A stretch of DNA of 64,000 nucleotides from an uncultured Hyphomicrobiales bacterium. Lineage in GTDB: Bacteria > Pseudomonadota > Alphaproteobacteria > Rhizobiales > Beijerinckiaceae. Location: the NCBI GenBank assembly GCA_903825465.1, contig CAIKAR010000059.1:11971-75970 (forward strand), written 5' to 3'. This document shows positions 35,598 through 45,797 of this stretch, one piece after another. Below the pieces are notes generated by a model. That model was given only the letters and a program-made list of their open reading frames with translations. It ran no database searches and was not told the DNA's origin. Both the position numbers and the translations under genes were made by a program. Each line of letters begins with the position of its first letter. The stretch's first letter is position 1.

Positions 35598-36614
35598 ATG
35601 AGGATTTTTCCGCGCGTTCTTTTGTCGGCCATTCTGGCGTTCGCCGCGGCCACCGCGCGCGCGCAGACGGCCGACTTCTACGCGGGCAAGACGGTGTCGC
35701 TGATCATCGGCTCCGGCGAGGCCGGCGGCTACGACATGGGTGGCCGCTTGATGGCGCGCTATCTGCGCAAATACATTCCCGGCAATCCCGCCGTCGTTCC
35801 GCGCAACATGCCGGGCGCGTCGAGCGTCGTGGCGGCGGAATATCTCTACAACGTCGCGCCGCGCGACGGATTGACGCTGGCGACGACGCAGCCGGGAATC
35901 GTGTTGAACAAGAGCCTCGACGCGAAAGCGAAATACGAGCCCGCGAAATTCTCCTGGATCGGCCGCGTCCAACCCGTCGTGTTGATCGGCGTCGGCTGGG
36001 GCGCGAGCGGCTACAAAACGTTCGAGGACGCGCGCGGGCGTGAATTCGCGGTCAGCGCCAGTGGCGGGGCGGGCCTCGCCGCCATTGTGCCCTGGGCGCT
36101 CAACAAGATGGCGGGCGCGAAATTCAAGGTCATCCGCGGATATGAATCGGTGCGGCCGCAGTTCACGGCGATGGAGCGCGGCGAGGTCGCTGGCATTGGC
36201 AGCGCCAGCCTGCCGGACGCGCTGGCGCGCCCCGACTGGCTGAGCGACGGAAAGATGACCTTGCCCTACACCATCGGCATGAAGCGCTCGAAATTCGCGC
36301 CGGGTTCGCCGGCGATCGTGGAATTCGCGGCCAACGACCTCGACCGCAAAGTGCTTGGGATGCTCGGCAACTCAAACGACATCGGCCAGCAATTATACGC
36401 GCCGCCCGGCGTGCCGGCCGAGCGCGTCGCCATTCTCCGCGCGGCTTTCGACAAAATGGCCGCCGATCCCGACTTCGCCGTCGAGGCGGAAAAGCTCGGC
36501 ATCTTCGTCGAGCCTTTGACGGGCGCCGAACTCGCGGCGCTGGTGACATCGTCAAGCGAGGCGACGCCCGAAGCGCGGGCGCGGCTGCGCGACGTTTCGG
36601 CGCCGCCCGATTGA
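35598..36614 (+). CDS. Bug/TctC substrate-binding protein
   Basis: ADFYAGKTVSLIIGSGEAGGYD, NMPGASS, AMERGEV, YAPPGVPAER. Confidence 0.88.
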   Translation: MRIFPRVLLSAILAFAAATARAQTADFYAGKTVSLIIGSGEAGGYDMGGRLMARYLRKYIPGNPAVVPRNMPGASSVVAAEYLYNVAPRDGLTLATTQPGIVLNKSLDAKAKYEPAKFSWIGRVQPVVLIGVGWGASGYKTFEDARGREFAVSASGGAGLAAIVPWALNKMAGAKFKVIRGYESVRPQFTAMERGEVAGIGSASLPDALARPDWLSDGKMTLPYTIGMKRSKFAPGSPAIVEFAANDLDRKVLGMLGNSNDIGQQLYAPPGVPAERVAILRAAFDKMAADPDFAVEAEKLGIFVEPLTGAELAALVTSSSEATPEARARLRDVSAPPD

Positions 36615-36637
36615 CCGTCAACGCGAAAGGATCCGCG

Positions 36638-37804
36638 ATGCCGGGCCGCCGGACATTGAAAATCGCCATCGTCGGCGCCGGCATTGGCGGCCTCGCGGCG
36701 GCGCGCGCGCTGCGCTTGCGCGGCTTCGACGTCGACGTATACGAGCGCGCCGCGCGGCTCGGCGAAGTGGGCGCGGGCCTGCAACTCGGCCCCAACGCCT
36801 ACAAGGTGCTGCGCGCCCTCGGTCTTGAGGACGCTGTGCGCAAGGCGGCCTATGAACCCCGGCGCCGCGTCGTGTTGAACTGGAACGACGCCAGCCCGCG
36901 CGGCGCCGGCGCGATCAACGGCGACGATATCGCGCTTTACGGCGGCCGCTATCTCACCGCGCACCGCGCCGATCTGCACGAGATGCTGCGCGCCGGACCG
37001 CCGGAAGCGAATATCCACCTTGGGCGCGCCTGCGTGTCCGTCGCCACGCGCGAAAACACCGCCGTCGCGCGCTTCGCGGACGGCGCGGAGGTCGAAGCCG
37101 ACGTGGTTGTCGGCGCCGACGGTGTCCGCTCGATTGTCCGCGAGACGCTGTTTGGCGCCGACCAGCCGCGGTTCACGAATTCGATGTGCTGGCGCTGCGT
37201 GCTGCCGATGTCCGATATGCCGACGCGCGTCGGGCCCGGCGGATCGGTGACATTGACGCCCGGGGATCATCTCTCCTGGTATGGGCCGGAGGGGCAGGTG
37301 ATCTGCTATCCGCTCGGCGATGGCTCGCGGCTCAATATTTTCGCCGGCCATGTGAGCGATCAATGGGTTGAGGAATCCTGGTCGACGCCGAGTTCGCGGG
37401 CGGAATTGCTGGCCGCCTACGCGGGTTGGAACGAAGCGCTGCTCGGCATGTTCGACAAGGTCGCGGATTGTTTCAAGTGGGGCATTTTCGACCGGGAGCC
37501 ACGCGCCGAATGGACGGTCGGCCGCGTTACGCTGCTCGGCGACGCCGCGCATCCCACCATGCCAAACCTCGCTCAGGGCGCCAACATGGCCATCGAAGAC
37601 GGCTACGTGCTGGGGCGCGTGTTGGCGGGCGAAGCCGGTGTCGAAGCGGCGTTGGCACGCTACGTCCGCGAGCGGCGGCCGCGCACGGCGGAAATCACGC
37701 TCAAGAGCCGCGAGAACTTCGAGCGCACGCGGCTGTGGCCGCCGGCGCCGCCTCTCGACCGCTCGTGGATTTTCAAATTCGACGCGACTAAGGAGCCGGT
37801 ATGA
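36638..37804 (+). CDS. Group A flavin monooxygenase (salicylate / 3-hydroxybenzoate hydroxylase-like)
   Basis: IVGAGIGG, VGAGLQLGPN, GADGVRS, LLGDAAHPTMPNLAQGANMAIEDG. Confidence 0.9.
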   Translation: MPGRRTLKIAIVGAGIGGLAAARALRLRGFDVDVYERAARLGEVGAGLQLGPNAYKVLRALGLEDAVRKAAYEPRRRVVLNWNDASPRGAGAINGDDIALYGGRYLTAHRADLHEMLRAGPPEANIHLGRACVSVATRENTAVARFADGAEVEADVVVGADGVRSIVRETLFGADQPRFTNSMCWRCVLPMSDMPTRVGPGGSVTLTPGDHLSWYGPEGQVICYPLGDGSRLNIFAGHVSDQWVEESWSTPSSRAELLAAYAGWNEALLGMFDKVADCFKWGIFDREPRAEWTVGRVTLLGDAAHPTMPNLAQGANMAIEDGYVLGRVLAGEAGVEAALARYVRERRPRTAEITLKSRENFERTRLWPPAPPLDRSWIFKFDATKEPV

Positions 37805-38175
37805 CGAAATCGATTTTGATCGCCGCGTTTTTCTGCGCCTTCGCCGGCGCCGCCCGCGCCGAATGCGGCACGGACCTGGAGGCCGAGGAGGCGAAGGTGA
37901 GCGCGGCGAAAACCTGCCGCGAGGCGCGCGCGATTTACGAGGGTTGCCTGTGGGGTTCGACAGCCGACGTCGGCCGCGGCGCGACGGCGCGGACGAAATG
38001 CGAGGCGGATTTCCTTCCCGGCGCGAACGCGGCGACGAAAGCCCGCTACAACCGCGCGCTTTCCGCCTGCGCGAAAAAATACGCGCGTATGGACGGCTCG
38101 ATGTACCGGTCCGCCGCGGCGTCCTGCGCCGCCGACGCGGCCTTCGCCTTCGCGCGGAAAGCGAGGGCGCCATGA
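37801..38175 (+). CDS. Small exported Cys-rich hypothetical protein
   Basis: Signal ending ARA; six Cys in the mature part; ATGA overlaps with both neighbours. Confidence 0.75.
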   Translation: MTKSILIAAFFCAFAGAARAECGTDLEAEEAKVSAAKTCREARAIYEGCLWGSTADVGRGATARTKCEADFLPGANAATKARYNRALSACAKKYARMDGSMYRSAAASCAADAAFAFARKARAP

Positions 38176-39620
38176 AACGCGAGGTCAAATACGACAGTCT
38201 TCGCGACTGGCTCGCGCTCGCCGACGGAATGGGGGAACTGCGGACCATCCGCGGCGCCAATTGCGAGGAGGAGATCGGCGCGCTGAGCGATGTCGCCCAA
38301 CACGACGAGGGCGCGCCGGCGCTTCTGTTCGACGATATTCCCGGCTATCCGAAAGGCCATCGCGTGCTTGTCAACGCCTTCGGCGGCAAGCGGCAGAACG
38401 TCATACTGGGCTTTCCCGCGACGCTGTCGAAAGTCGAGCTTTCAACGGCCTTTCTCGGCGAATACCGCGCGGCCAAGGCGGGGCGCGTGCCCTTTCAAGT
38501 CGTCGACGACGGCCCGGTTTTGGAAAACATTCTCGAAGGCGCCGAGGCCGACGCGCTGAAATTCCCGACTCCGTTCTGGCATCCCGGCGACGGTGGCCGC
38601 TACATCGGCACGGGCTCGTTCAACGTGACGATGGACCCCGAGGATAAATGGATCAACGCGGGCACCTACCGCGTCATGATCCACGATTCTCACAAACTTG
38701 GCTTCTACATCTCGCCGGGCAAGCACGGCCGCATCCACCGCGACAAATACGCGGAGCGCGGCGAGCCCATGCCCGTCGCGATGGTGCTTGGCGTCGATCC
38801 CCTGACGTTCCTGATCGCGTGCAGCGCCATGCCGAGCGGCGTCTGCGAATACGACATCGTGGGCGCCTATCGCGAGCGTCCGCTGAAAGTGGTGAAGGGC
38901 CGCCACACCGGCCTGCCCTTTCCGGCCGACGCGGAAATCGTGGTCGAGGGTTTTGTGCAACCCGGCGCCACCGCGCCCGAAGGACCGTTCGGCGAATGGA
39001 CCGGCTATTACGGCAGCCCCGGCGACGAGGCGCCCGTGCTCGACATCAAGGCGATCTATCACCGCGACAATCCGATCCTCGTGGGCTGTCCACCGCAGCG
39101 GCCGCCGGGCGAAAGCTCGCGCTCACGCGCCATTCTGCGCTCGGCGCTGATCCGCGAGGACATGCAAAAGGCGGGCGTGCCGGATGTGACGGGCGTGTGG
39201 GCGCACGAGGTCGGCGGCGCGCGCATGCTCGTCGGCGTGTCGATCAAGCAGCGCTATCCCGGCCACGCCAAACAGGCCGGCCACATAGCGGCGCAATGCG
39301 CCGCGGGCGCATACGCGGGAAAATACGTCGTTGTCACGGACGAGGATGTCGACGTGTCGGACCTCGGCGATTTGATCGGCGCGATGGTGTTCCGCTCAGA
39401 CCCCGCGACCTCGATGGATTTCATCACCAACGCGTGGAGCACGGCGCTCGACCCGCGCATCGAGCCCGAGCGCAAGAAGGCCGGCGACTTCACCAATTCG
39501 CGGGTGATCATCGACGCCTGCAAACCCTATCACTGGAAGGGCGAGTTTCCGAAGCTGTGCCTGCCCGATCCCGACGCTGTGGCGCGGGCGATGAGGAAGT
39601 TCGGGCATTTGATGAAGTGA
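38172..39620 (+). CDS. UbiD family prFMN-dependent decarboxylase
   Basis: SLRDWL, DGGRYIGT, NAGTYRVM, EIVVEG, EGPFGEWTGYY. Confidence 0.92.
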   Translation: MKREVKYDSLRDWLALADGMGELRTIRGANCEEEIGALSDVAQHDEGAPALLFDDIPGYPKGHRVLVNAFGGKRQNVILGFPATLSKVELSTAFLGEYRAAKAGRVPFQVVDDGPVLENILEGAEADALKFPTPFWHPGDGGRYIGTGSFNVTMDPEDKWINAGTYRVMIHDSHKLGFYISPGKHGRIHRDKYAERGEPMPVAMVLGVDPLTFLIACSAMPSGVCEYDIVGAYRERPLKVVKGRHTGLPFPADAEIVVEGFVQPGATAPEGPFGEWTGYYGSPGDEAPVLDIKAIYHRDNPILVGCPPQRPPGESSRSRAILRSALIREDMQKAGVPDVTGVWAHEVGGARMLVGVSIKQRYPGHAKQAGHIAAQCAAGAYAGKYVVVTDEDVDVSDLGDLIGAMVFRSDPATSMDFITNAWSTALDPRIEPERKKAGDFTNSRVIIDACKPYHWKGEFPKLCLPDPDAVARAMRKFGHLMK

Positions 39621-39646
39621 GGGGCGCCGCGTTCGCTCGCGGCCGC

Positions 39647-40078
39647 TCAAACGCCCTTCAGGCGCACCACGACGTCGATCGCTTCGATGACCGTGCCTTC
39701 CGGCGCGGCGATGTTCAGCAGCGGCACCATCGCGTCGGGAATATCGAACAATTCCTCGCGGTCGCCCCGGTAAAAATGGAAGTGCGGCCCCGTCTTGGTG
39801 TCGTACCAGGCCTTCGCCCCGTAGATCGCGATCTCGCGCAACAAGCCGTGTTCCGCGAACAGATGCAGCGTGTTGTAAACAGTCGCCAGCGACGGCGGAT
39901 GCCGCACTGTCCGCGACTCCGTGTGGATCATCTCAGCGGTGAAGTGCCGATCCTCGCCGTTAAACAGGATTTTCGCGAGATCGACGCGCTGGCGTGTCGG
40001 CCGCAACCCCGCCTCGAGGAGCTTCGCGCGAGCCGGCGCCGCGGGTAAAGCGGCCACATGTTTGATCATCGCCGGCAT
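39647..40078 (-). CDS. irr: Fur-family iron response regulator (Irr-like)
   Basis: GLRPTRQR, HFTAE, SLATVYNTLH, YDT..HFHF, DVVVRL. Start uncertain. Confidence 0.8.
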   Translation of the reverse strand: MPAMIKHVAALPAAPARAKLLEAGLRPTRQRVDLAKILFNGEDRHFTAEMIHTESRTVRHPPSLATVYNTLHLFAEHGLLREIAIYGAKAWYDTKTGPHFHFYRGDREELFDIPDAMVPLLNIAAPEGTVIEAIDVVVRLKGV

Positions 40079-40168
40079 CTTCGAAGAACTCACGCGGTTT
40101 TAGATCGCCGCACACAGCGATCATTCCACACCATCCTAGTCCTAAACGGCCCGATCTTCAAGTCCGCC

Positions 40169-40666
40169 TTATTTTGCCCCGAATGGGGCGAATTCGGCTA
40201 CAACGCGCTCATAGACACCGCGCTTGAAGGGGATGATCAGCTCGGGAAGCCGCTCCATGCGCTCCCAGCGCCAGGCGTCGAATTCCGCCTTGTGACCGTC
40301 GGGCGCGTCGATGTTTATGTCGCTGTCGCGTCCTTCGAAGCGGAGCGCGAACCATTTTTGCCGCTGGCCGCGGTAGCGGCCGCTCCACGATTTCAGCGCC
40401 ACGTCGTCGGGCAGATCGTAGGCGAACCAGTCCGACGCCTCCGCCAGAACCTGGGCGCGCCGAACGCCCGTTTCCTCCCGCAATTCGCGCAGGCAGGCTT
40501 CGAGCGGCGTCTCGCCATCGTCGATGCCGCCCTGCGGCATCTGCCATTCGTGGTCCGCGTCGACATGTTCGACGAGATGCTTGTCCTTCCGGCGCCCGAC
40601 GAAAACGAGCCCGGCCGGGTTGATCAACATGATGCCGACGCAGGGGCGGTAGGCGGAATGCGGCAT
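40169..40666 (-). CDS. rppH: RNA pyrophosphohydrolase
   Basis: [38 protein letters not shown]. Confidence 0.94.
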   Translation of the reverse strand: MPHSAYRPCVGIMLINPAGLVFVGRRKDKHLVEHVDADHEWQMPQGGIDDGETPLEACLRELREETGVRRAQVLAEASDWFAYDLPDDVALKSWSGRYRGQRQKWFALRFEGRDSDINIDAPDGHKAEFDAWRWERMERLPELIIPFKRGVYERVVAEFAPFGAK

Positions 40667-40691
40667 GGGGGCTCCGGCGGATCGAAGAATT

Positions 40692-41939
40692 CTATCGGTT
40701 CAGCCGCGCCACCGGCGCCGTCCCTTTGGCGGCCACCGCGCTCAAGGGGGCGAGCACAACGCCGCGCTTTTCAAGGCCGGCGAGAAAGACGCCCGTTTGA
40801 TCGACAACGGCGGGCAGCGCGCTCATGGCGCCGATGGCGCCGCCGTTGTCGCGCGCGAGCTTCTCAAGCCTCGCCAACGCGGCGTCTATGGCGGCGGGCG
40901 ACCGGTCCGCGTCGATCACCACGTCGGCGCGCGCCACGGGCGCGCCAAGGCCTGGGGCGAGGGTAGCCGCGAGCCCCGTCGCCGACACGCCGTCGTCGAG
41001 ATAGAGAAGTCCACGCGCCGCGACATCCTTCAGGACGACGCCGAGGGTTTCCTCCCGGGCGGTGAAGCGGTTGCCGAGGAAATTCTCGACGCCGACATAT
41101 CCCGTGAACCGCGACATCAGCCACGCCAGCCTGTCGGTCAATTGCTCCCGTGGAAGGTCTGGATCGAGCGCGTGGGGGCCGCTGGATTCAACGCCGGCGG
41201 GGCCGTCCATCGGCAGTTGCAGAATGACTTCGTGCCCGTCGCCGCGCGCTTTCGCCACCTGCCCCGGCAAATCGGAGCCATAGGGCGCGAAAGCGAAGGT
41301 GACTTCGGAAGGGAGCTTGTCGATGGCGTCGCGCGTGGCGTTCACGCTCAGGCCCATGCCGCCGACGACGATCGCCACGCGCGGCGCGCGGGCCGGAACG
41401 CCCAGCGGCATGACCATCGGGCGGGAATAGACGTCCAGTGGACGCGATCCGTCGGCGCCGATTTTCGGCAACGGGCCATATTTGCCTTTTTCAACGAGGC
41501 GGCGGTCGGGCGCCGGGGCCAGCTCGACGCTCGATTTGCGGGGCACCTCTATGATCAACCCGCCGGGCGGCAAGGCGCCGCCGGGACGAACGACCTTCAC
41601 GCCGCTTGACGCCTCGACATCGGCGGCGTTGTCGCGCGACCGCATCGAGGTGACTTTGATCGTGCCGGTTTCGTCGTCTGTCGGAACGACGGAAATAATC
41701 GCTGGATTCGCGGGCGCTGCGGCGGGCGACGACTTGGGCGGCGCCTTGGGCGCGGTTTCAATGCGGGCGACAGCGAAGGGCTCGCCACCCATGCCGTCGT
41801 CGTATAAACGCGCGAAGACGAAGAGACCCGCGCCAAGGACGGCAAGTCCACATAGGCCGACCACGTTCCAGGGAATGTCGCGCCCGATTTTCTGGTCGCG
41901 GTCGAGTCCGAGCGGTTTGTTCAGATCGTCGCCAGGCAT
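40692..41939 (-). CDS. Divergent polysaccharide deacetylase (YibQ) family protein
   Basis: [44 protein letters not shown]. Confidence 0.88.
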   Translation of the reverse strand: MPGDDLNKPLGLDRDQKIGRDIPWNVVGLCGLAVLGAGLFVFARLYDDGMGGEPFAVARIETAPKAPPKSSPAAAPANPAIISVVPTDDETGTIKVTSMRSRDNAADVEASSGVKVVRPGGALPPGGLIIEVPRKSSVELAPAPDRRLVEKGKYGPLPKIGADGSRPLDVYSRPMVMPLGVPARAPRVAIVVGGMGLSVNATRDAIDKLPSEVTFAFAPYGSDLPGQVAKARGDGHEVILQLPMDGPAGVESSGPHALDPDLPREQLTDRLAWLMSRFTGYVGVENFLGNRFTAREETLGVVLKDVAARGLLYLDDGVSATGLAATLAPGLGAPVARADVVIDADRSPAAIDAALARLEKLARDNGGAIGAMSALPAVVDQTGVFLAGLEKRGVVLAPLSAVAAKGTAPVARLNR

Positions 41940-41971
41940 TCGAGGTCTCGTTGGTCGCGGCGGGGCGAATC

Positions 41972-42010
41972 AAAAGGCCCGGCGGGCATTGTCATGCCTT
42001 CCGCCGGGCC
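41972..42010 (-). terminator. Terminator downstream of ctpA
   Basis: 10-bp stem ggcccggcgg/ccgccgggcc with a U-run on the minus strand; a second 8-bp hairpin lies at 42041-42065. Confidence 0.6.
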
Positions 42011-42071
42011 CGTCGAGCCCCGAGGGGCGCTTTTCGGTCATTTCGCGGTGGTTAAAGCCGCGAAAGCCCTG

Positions 42072-43421
42072 TCAATTCGCCGCTTTTGCCGGCTCGGCCG
42101 GCTTGTCGGCTGTGTTGGAAGCCTTCTTGACGCCGCGCAGAATGTCGAGCGCGGCGTTGAGCTGCGTGTCCTTGGAGACATCGGTCGGGATCGGCAGGGC
42201 TTGAGAACCGCTGCCTTCGTCGGAGCCGTTTGTCAGATGGCCCTTGAGCGAAGCCTCCCCCTTCGACTCGATGTCCTTGCCCTTGAACTCGTCGGGCACA
42301 TCCGCGAGCACCTGCACGTCTGGCGTGATGCCCTTGGCCTGGATCGAGCGGCCCGACGGCGTGTAGTAGCGCGCCGTCGTGAGGCGCAGGGCGCCGTTGT
42401 TCTGGCCCAGCGGCAGAATGGTCTGCACCGAGCCCTTGCCGAACGAGCGCGTGCCGAGGATCGTCGCGCGCTTGTGGTCCTGCAGGCCGCCGGCGACGAT
42501 TTCCGACGCGGAGGCCGAACCGCCGTTGATCAGCACCACCAACGGCTTGCCCTTCGACAGGTCGTTGCCGGGGCGGGCGTTGTAGCGCTGCGTCTCGTCG
42601 GCGTTGCGGCCGCGGGTGGAAACAATCTCGCCGCGGTCGACGAAGGCGTTGACGACGGCGATCGACTGGTCGAGCAGGCCGCCCGGATTGTTGCGCAAAT
42701 CAAGCACAAAGCCCTTGAACTTGTCGGCGGGGATGTCCTTCAACTGCTGCTGCATCGCCTTGCGCAGGCCTTCGTCGACCTGCTCGTTGAACTGGGTGAT
42801 GCGGATGTAGCCGACATCGTCCATCACGTTCGACTTCACCGAGGCGATGTGGATTTCCTCGCGCGTCAGCTTGAAATCCTTGGTTTCCTTGTTGTCTTTC
42901 GAGGCGCCGCGCAGAATGGTCAGCTTGACCGACGTGTTGATCGCGCCACGCATCTTGTCGACGGCCTGGTTGAGCGTCAGGCCCTGCACCGAGTCGTCGT
43001 CGATGGCGCTGATGAGGTCGCCGGAGAGAATGCCGGCCTTCGAGGCGGGAGTGTCGTCGATCGGGGTGACGACCTTGACGAAGCCGTCCTCCTGCGTGAC
43101 CTCGATGCCGAGGCCGCCGAACTTGCCCGACGTCTGCACGCGCATGTCGTCGAAGCTCTTGGCGTCCATGTAGCTCGAATGCGGATCGAGCGAGGTCAGC
43201 ATGCCGCTTATCGCGGCCTCCACCATTTTCTGCTCGTCGGGCTTCTCGACGTAGTCGGTGCGCACCTTCTCGAACACATCGCCGAACAGGCTGAGGCTGC
43301 GGTAGGTGTCGGAGGCCGCCGCGCGCGCGGAACCGCCGGTCGCCCATTGGGACTCGGTGCCAAGGGTGAAGGCGGTTGCGCCAAGGAGCGCGCCCATAAA
43401 CGCCAATGAAATCTTGCGCAT
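42072..43421 (-). CDS. ctpA: S41 carboxyl-terminal processing protease
   Basis: LDPHSSY, FGGLGIEV, PDZ domain, LDLRNNPGGLL, SASASEIVAG, GKGSVQ. Confidence 0.95.
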   Translation of the reverse strand: MRKISLAFMGALLGATAFTLGTESQWATGGSARAAASDTYRSLSLFGDVFEKVRTDYVEKPDEQKMVEAAISGMLTSLDPHSSYMDAKSFDDMRVQTSGKFGGLGIEVTQEDGFVKVVTPIDDTPASKAGILSGDLISAIDDDSVQGLTLNQAVDKMRGAINTSVKLTILRGASKDNKETKDFKLTREEIHIASVKSNVMDDVGYIRITQFNEQVDEGLRKAMQQQLKDIPADKFKGFVLDLRNNPGGLLDQSIAVVNAFVDRGEIVSTRGRNADETQRYNARPGNDLSKGKPLVVLINGGSASASEIVAGGLQDHKRATILGTRSFGKGSVQTILPLGQNNGALRLTTARYYTPSGRSIQAKGITPDVQVLADVPDEFKGKDIESKGEASLKGHLTNGSDEGSGSQALPIPTDVSKDTQLNAALDILRGVKKASNTADKPAEPAKAAN

Positions 43422-44728
43422 TATCCGCGAACCTTTTCCAATTCAGGCTTCGCCCACCATGGGCCGGGATCGATGGTCGATCCGTCTTTCCAAAACTCAA
43501 CATAAAGAACCGGCTGCGCCGCGCCAACGGAAATCGTGACCGCGTTTGTGGCCGGCGCGTCGCCCATGGCCGCGACCGGTTCTCCCGCTAGGACGAACTG
43601 ACCGACAACCACGTTCACGCGATCCATGCCCGCTAATAGCATATAATATCCCCCGCCGGCGTTTATGATCAAGATTTGTCCGAAGGACCGCCACGGCCCG
43701 GAATAGGACACCCAGCCATCGCCAGGGGCCGCGACGACGGCCCCGCGCGCCGCCGCGAAGGACACGCCCTTGGCGGTCGCGCCGAGATTGTCAGGCTCCC
43801 CGAAATTTCTCACGATGGCCCCCACAACAGGCCGCGCCACAGCGCCTTTCTCGTCCGCGAAAGGGATCGCCGGGGTCAGCCGCGCGGGGTCGCGCGGGGT
43901 CGCCATCGCCACCTTTTCCGGAGCGGCGTCGGCGTTTTTCGCGGCTTGGGCCGCCCGGCCAGCGGCGGCGATTTCGATCTCGGACCGCGCGATCAAATCT
44001 TTGAGATCGGTCGATTTGCGCGCCAGAGCCGCCATCTCGTCGGCCTGGGAAGCGAGAGCGTGGCCGGCGTCGGTTATCGCCGCCTGCCGCGCTTCGACCA
44101 ATTTGGCCAGACGCTCCCGTTCGGCGTCGAGGGTCGTCTTCTCGTCGGCGAGCCGCTGCCGTTCGTCGTCGATGGCTTTCCGCGCCCGAATCAGGTCTTC
44201 GAGATCGGAGGCGAGAGCGTCGGTTTCGCCGCGCAATTCCGGCAACACGGCGCCCAGAAGCATCGAAGCCCGCACCGCGCGCAGAATGTCGTCGGGCGTC
44301 GCCAACACCGCTGGCGGCGGTTTGCGGCCGATGCGCTGCAAGGCGGCCAGAACATCGGCGAGCGTGTCGCGCCTCGCGTCGAGGGAGCGTCGGATGGACT
44401 GCTCGCTCGCGCGGGCCGTGTCCAACCGCGTCTGCGCCTCGCTCACGCCGGTCTCCGCCGCGCGTTCGCGGCCCGTCGTGTCGATCAGCGCCTGCGACAG
44501 CCGCGCGCGGTCGTTGCGCATCGCTTCGATGTCGGCTTCCGCCTTGCGGCGGGCGTCCTCGCGCGTTTTCAGAGAGTCTTCGACGCCGCGCAACTGCATT
44601 TGCGTCTGGTCGATGTCGCCGCGCGACGGCGGCGCAACCTGCGCGCGGGCGCCGACGACGCACGCGGCCAGCGCGGCGAGAGCGAGCGCCGCCTTTCGTC
44701 CCGCCCTATGGTCGCGCCACGGACGCAT
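43421..44728 (-). CDS. envC: Murein hydrolase activator EnvC (coiled coil + degenerate M23)
   Basis: Long coiled coil; VVAAPGDGWVSYSGP; VLYVEF..IDPGPWW; TAATG overlap with ctpA. Confidence 0.88.
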   Translation of the reverse strand: MRPWRDHRAGRKAALALAALAACVVGARAQVAPPSRGDIDQTQMQLRGVEDSLKTREDARRKAEADIEAMRNDRARLSQALIDTTGRERAAETGVSEAQTRLDTARASEQSIRRSLDARRDTLADVLAALQRIGRKPPPAVLATPDDILRAVRASMLLGAVLPELRGETDALASDLEDLIRARKAIDDERQRLADEKTTLDAERERLAKLVEARQAAITDAGHALASQADEMAALARKSTDLKDLIARSEIEIAAAGRAAQAAKNADAAPEKVAMATPRDPARLTPAIPFADEKGAVARPVVGAIVRNFGEPDNLGATAKGVSFAAARGAVVAAPGDGWVSYSGPWRSFGQILIINAGGGYYMLLAGMDRVNVVVGQFVLAGEPVAAMGDAPATNAVTISVGAAQPVLYVEFWKDGSTIDPGPWWAKPELEKVRG

Positions 44729-44771
44729 CAGTTCCACTCCGTCGCCAATTCCATCCCCTCGCCGCGCGGTG

Positions 44772-45254
44772 TCACGCGCGATGATAGGGATGTCCCGCGA
44801 GAATCGTCGTGGCGCGGTAAATCTGCTCCGCCGCCATGATTCGCGCGAGTTGATGCGGCCACGTCATGGCGCCGAAAGCAAGAACCATATGCGCCGCCGC
44901 GCGAAATTCCGGGTCGAACCCGTCCGCTCCACCGAGGGCGACCACGTAGGCGGGGATCCCTGAATCGCGGGCCTTGCCGATATCCACCGCGAAGATTTCG
45001 CTGGTGGGGGCGTCGCCGCGTTCATCCAGCGCCACAATGCGCGCGCCCGCCGGAATCAACGTCCGCAGCGCTTTCGCTTCGTCCACGCGGCGGTCTTCGG
45101 CCCTGCGGGCGCGGCTTTCGTCGAGTTCGCGAAGATCGACGCCCGCCAGCCCGACGGAACGCGCCCCCGCCGCCGCGCGCGCCAGATAACGGGCGGCGAT
45201 GTCGCGCTCCGGACCGGCCTTCAAACGGCCGATGGCGGCCAAAATCAGCCGCAC
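44772..45254 (-). CDS. rlmH: 23S rRNA pseudouridine-1915 N3-methyltransferase
   Basis: IGRLK, ALDERG, LGGADG, MTWPHQLAR..EQIYRA..GHPYHR. Confidence 0.94.
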   Translation of the reverse strand: MRLILAAIGRLKAGPERDIAARYLARAAAGARSVGLAGVDLRELDESRARRAEDRRVDEAKALRTLIPAGARIVALDERGDAPTSEIFAVDIGKARDSGIPAYVVALGGADGFDPEFRAAAHMVLAFGAMTWPHQLARIMAAEQIYRATTILAGHPYHRA

Positions 45255-45261
45255 CGCGCGC

Positions 45262-45705
45262 TCAAACGGGCTTGCGCTCGCGTCCGCCGATTTCCGCCGG
45301 CCGGTCGCCGCCCCACAATTTCTCGAGATTGTAGAACTGGCGAACCTCAGGCCGGAAGACATGGACGATCACGTCGCCAGCGTCGATCAGCACCCAATCG
45401 CAGGCGGGCACTCCTTCGACGCGCGGCGCCGCGAGGCCCGCTTCCTTGCAGGCGGTGACGACGCGCTCGGCGACGGCTCCAACATGCGTGGTCGAACGCC
45501 CGCTCGCCACCAACAGCATGTCGGCAAGCGTCGTTTTTCCCCGCAGATCAATGGAGACGATGTCCTCGGCTTTCGCGTCTTCGAGGCTGTGCAGGATGTT
45601 GCGCACCAGTTTCCCGGTGTCCGACCCCAAGCCCGAAGCGGTTTTGCCCACCACCACCGTATGAGGCGTTTTTGAAACAGCCTCGCTGTGTACAGTTAAT
45701 GTCAG
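45262..45705 (-). CDS. rsfS: Ribosome silencing factor (Iojap)
   Basis: LEDAKAEDIV, VASGRSTTHV, DWVLIDAGDVIVHVFRPEVRQFYNLEKLW. Start uncertain (CTG after GGGAG assumed). Confidence 0.9.
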   Translation of the reverse strand: MTLTVHSEAVSKTPHTVVVGKTASGLGSDTGKLVRNILHSLEDAKAEDIVSIDLRGKTTLADMLLVASGRSTTHVGAVAERVVTACKEAGLAAPRVEGVPACDWVLIDAGDVIVHVFRPEVRQFYNLEKLWGGDRPAEIGGRERKPV

Positions 45706-45751
45706 CGCCGTCTTGCTCCCATGGCTCGCAACCCCGCGAACCGATCGATTC

Positions 45752-45780
45752 AACATGGATGTGATTCGCGAAAACTGCAA
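45752..45780 (-). promoter_or_regulatory. Candidate internal sigma70 promoter of rsfS
   Basis: Minus strand TTGCAG-N17-CATGTT. Confidence 0.4.
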
Positions 45781-45797
45781 GACAGCGGCGCGCGGGC

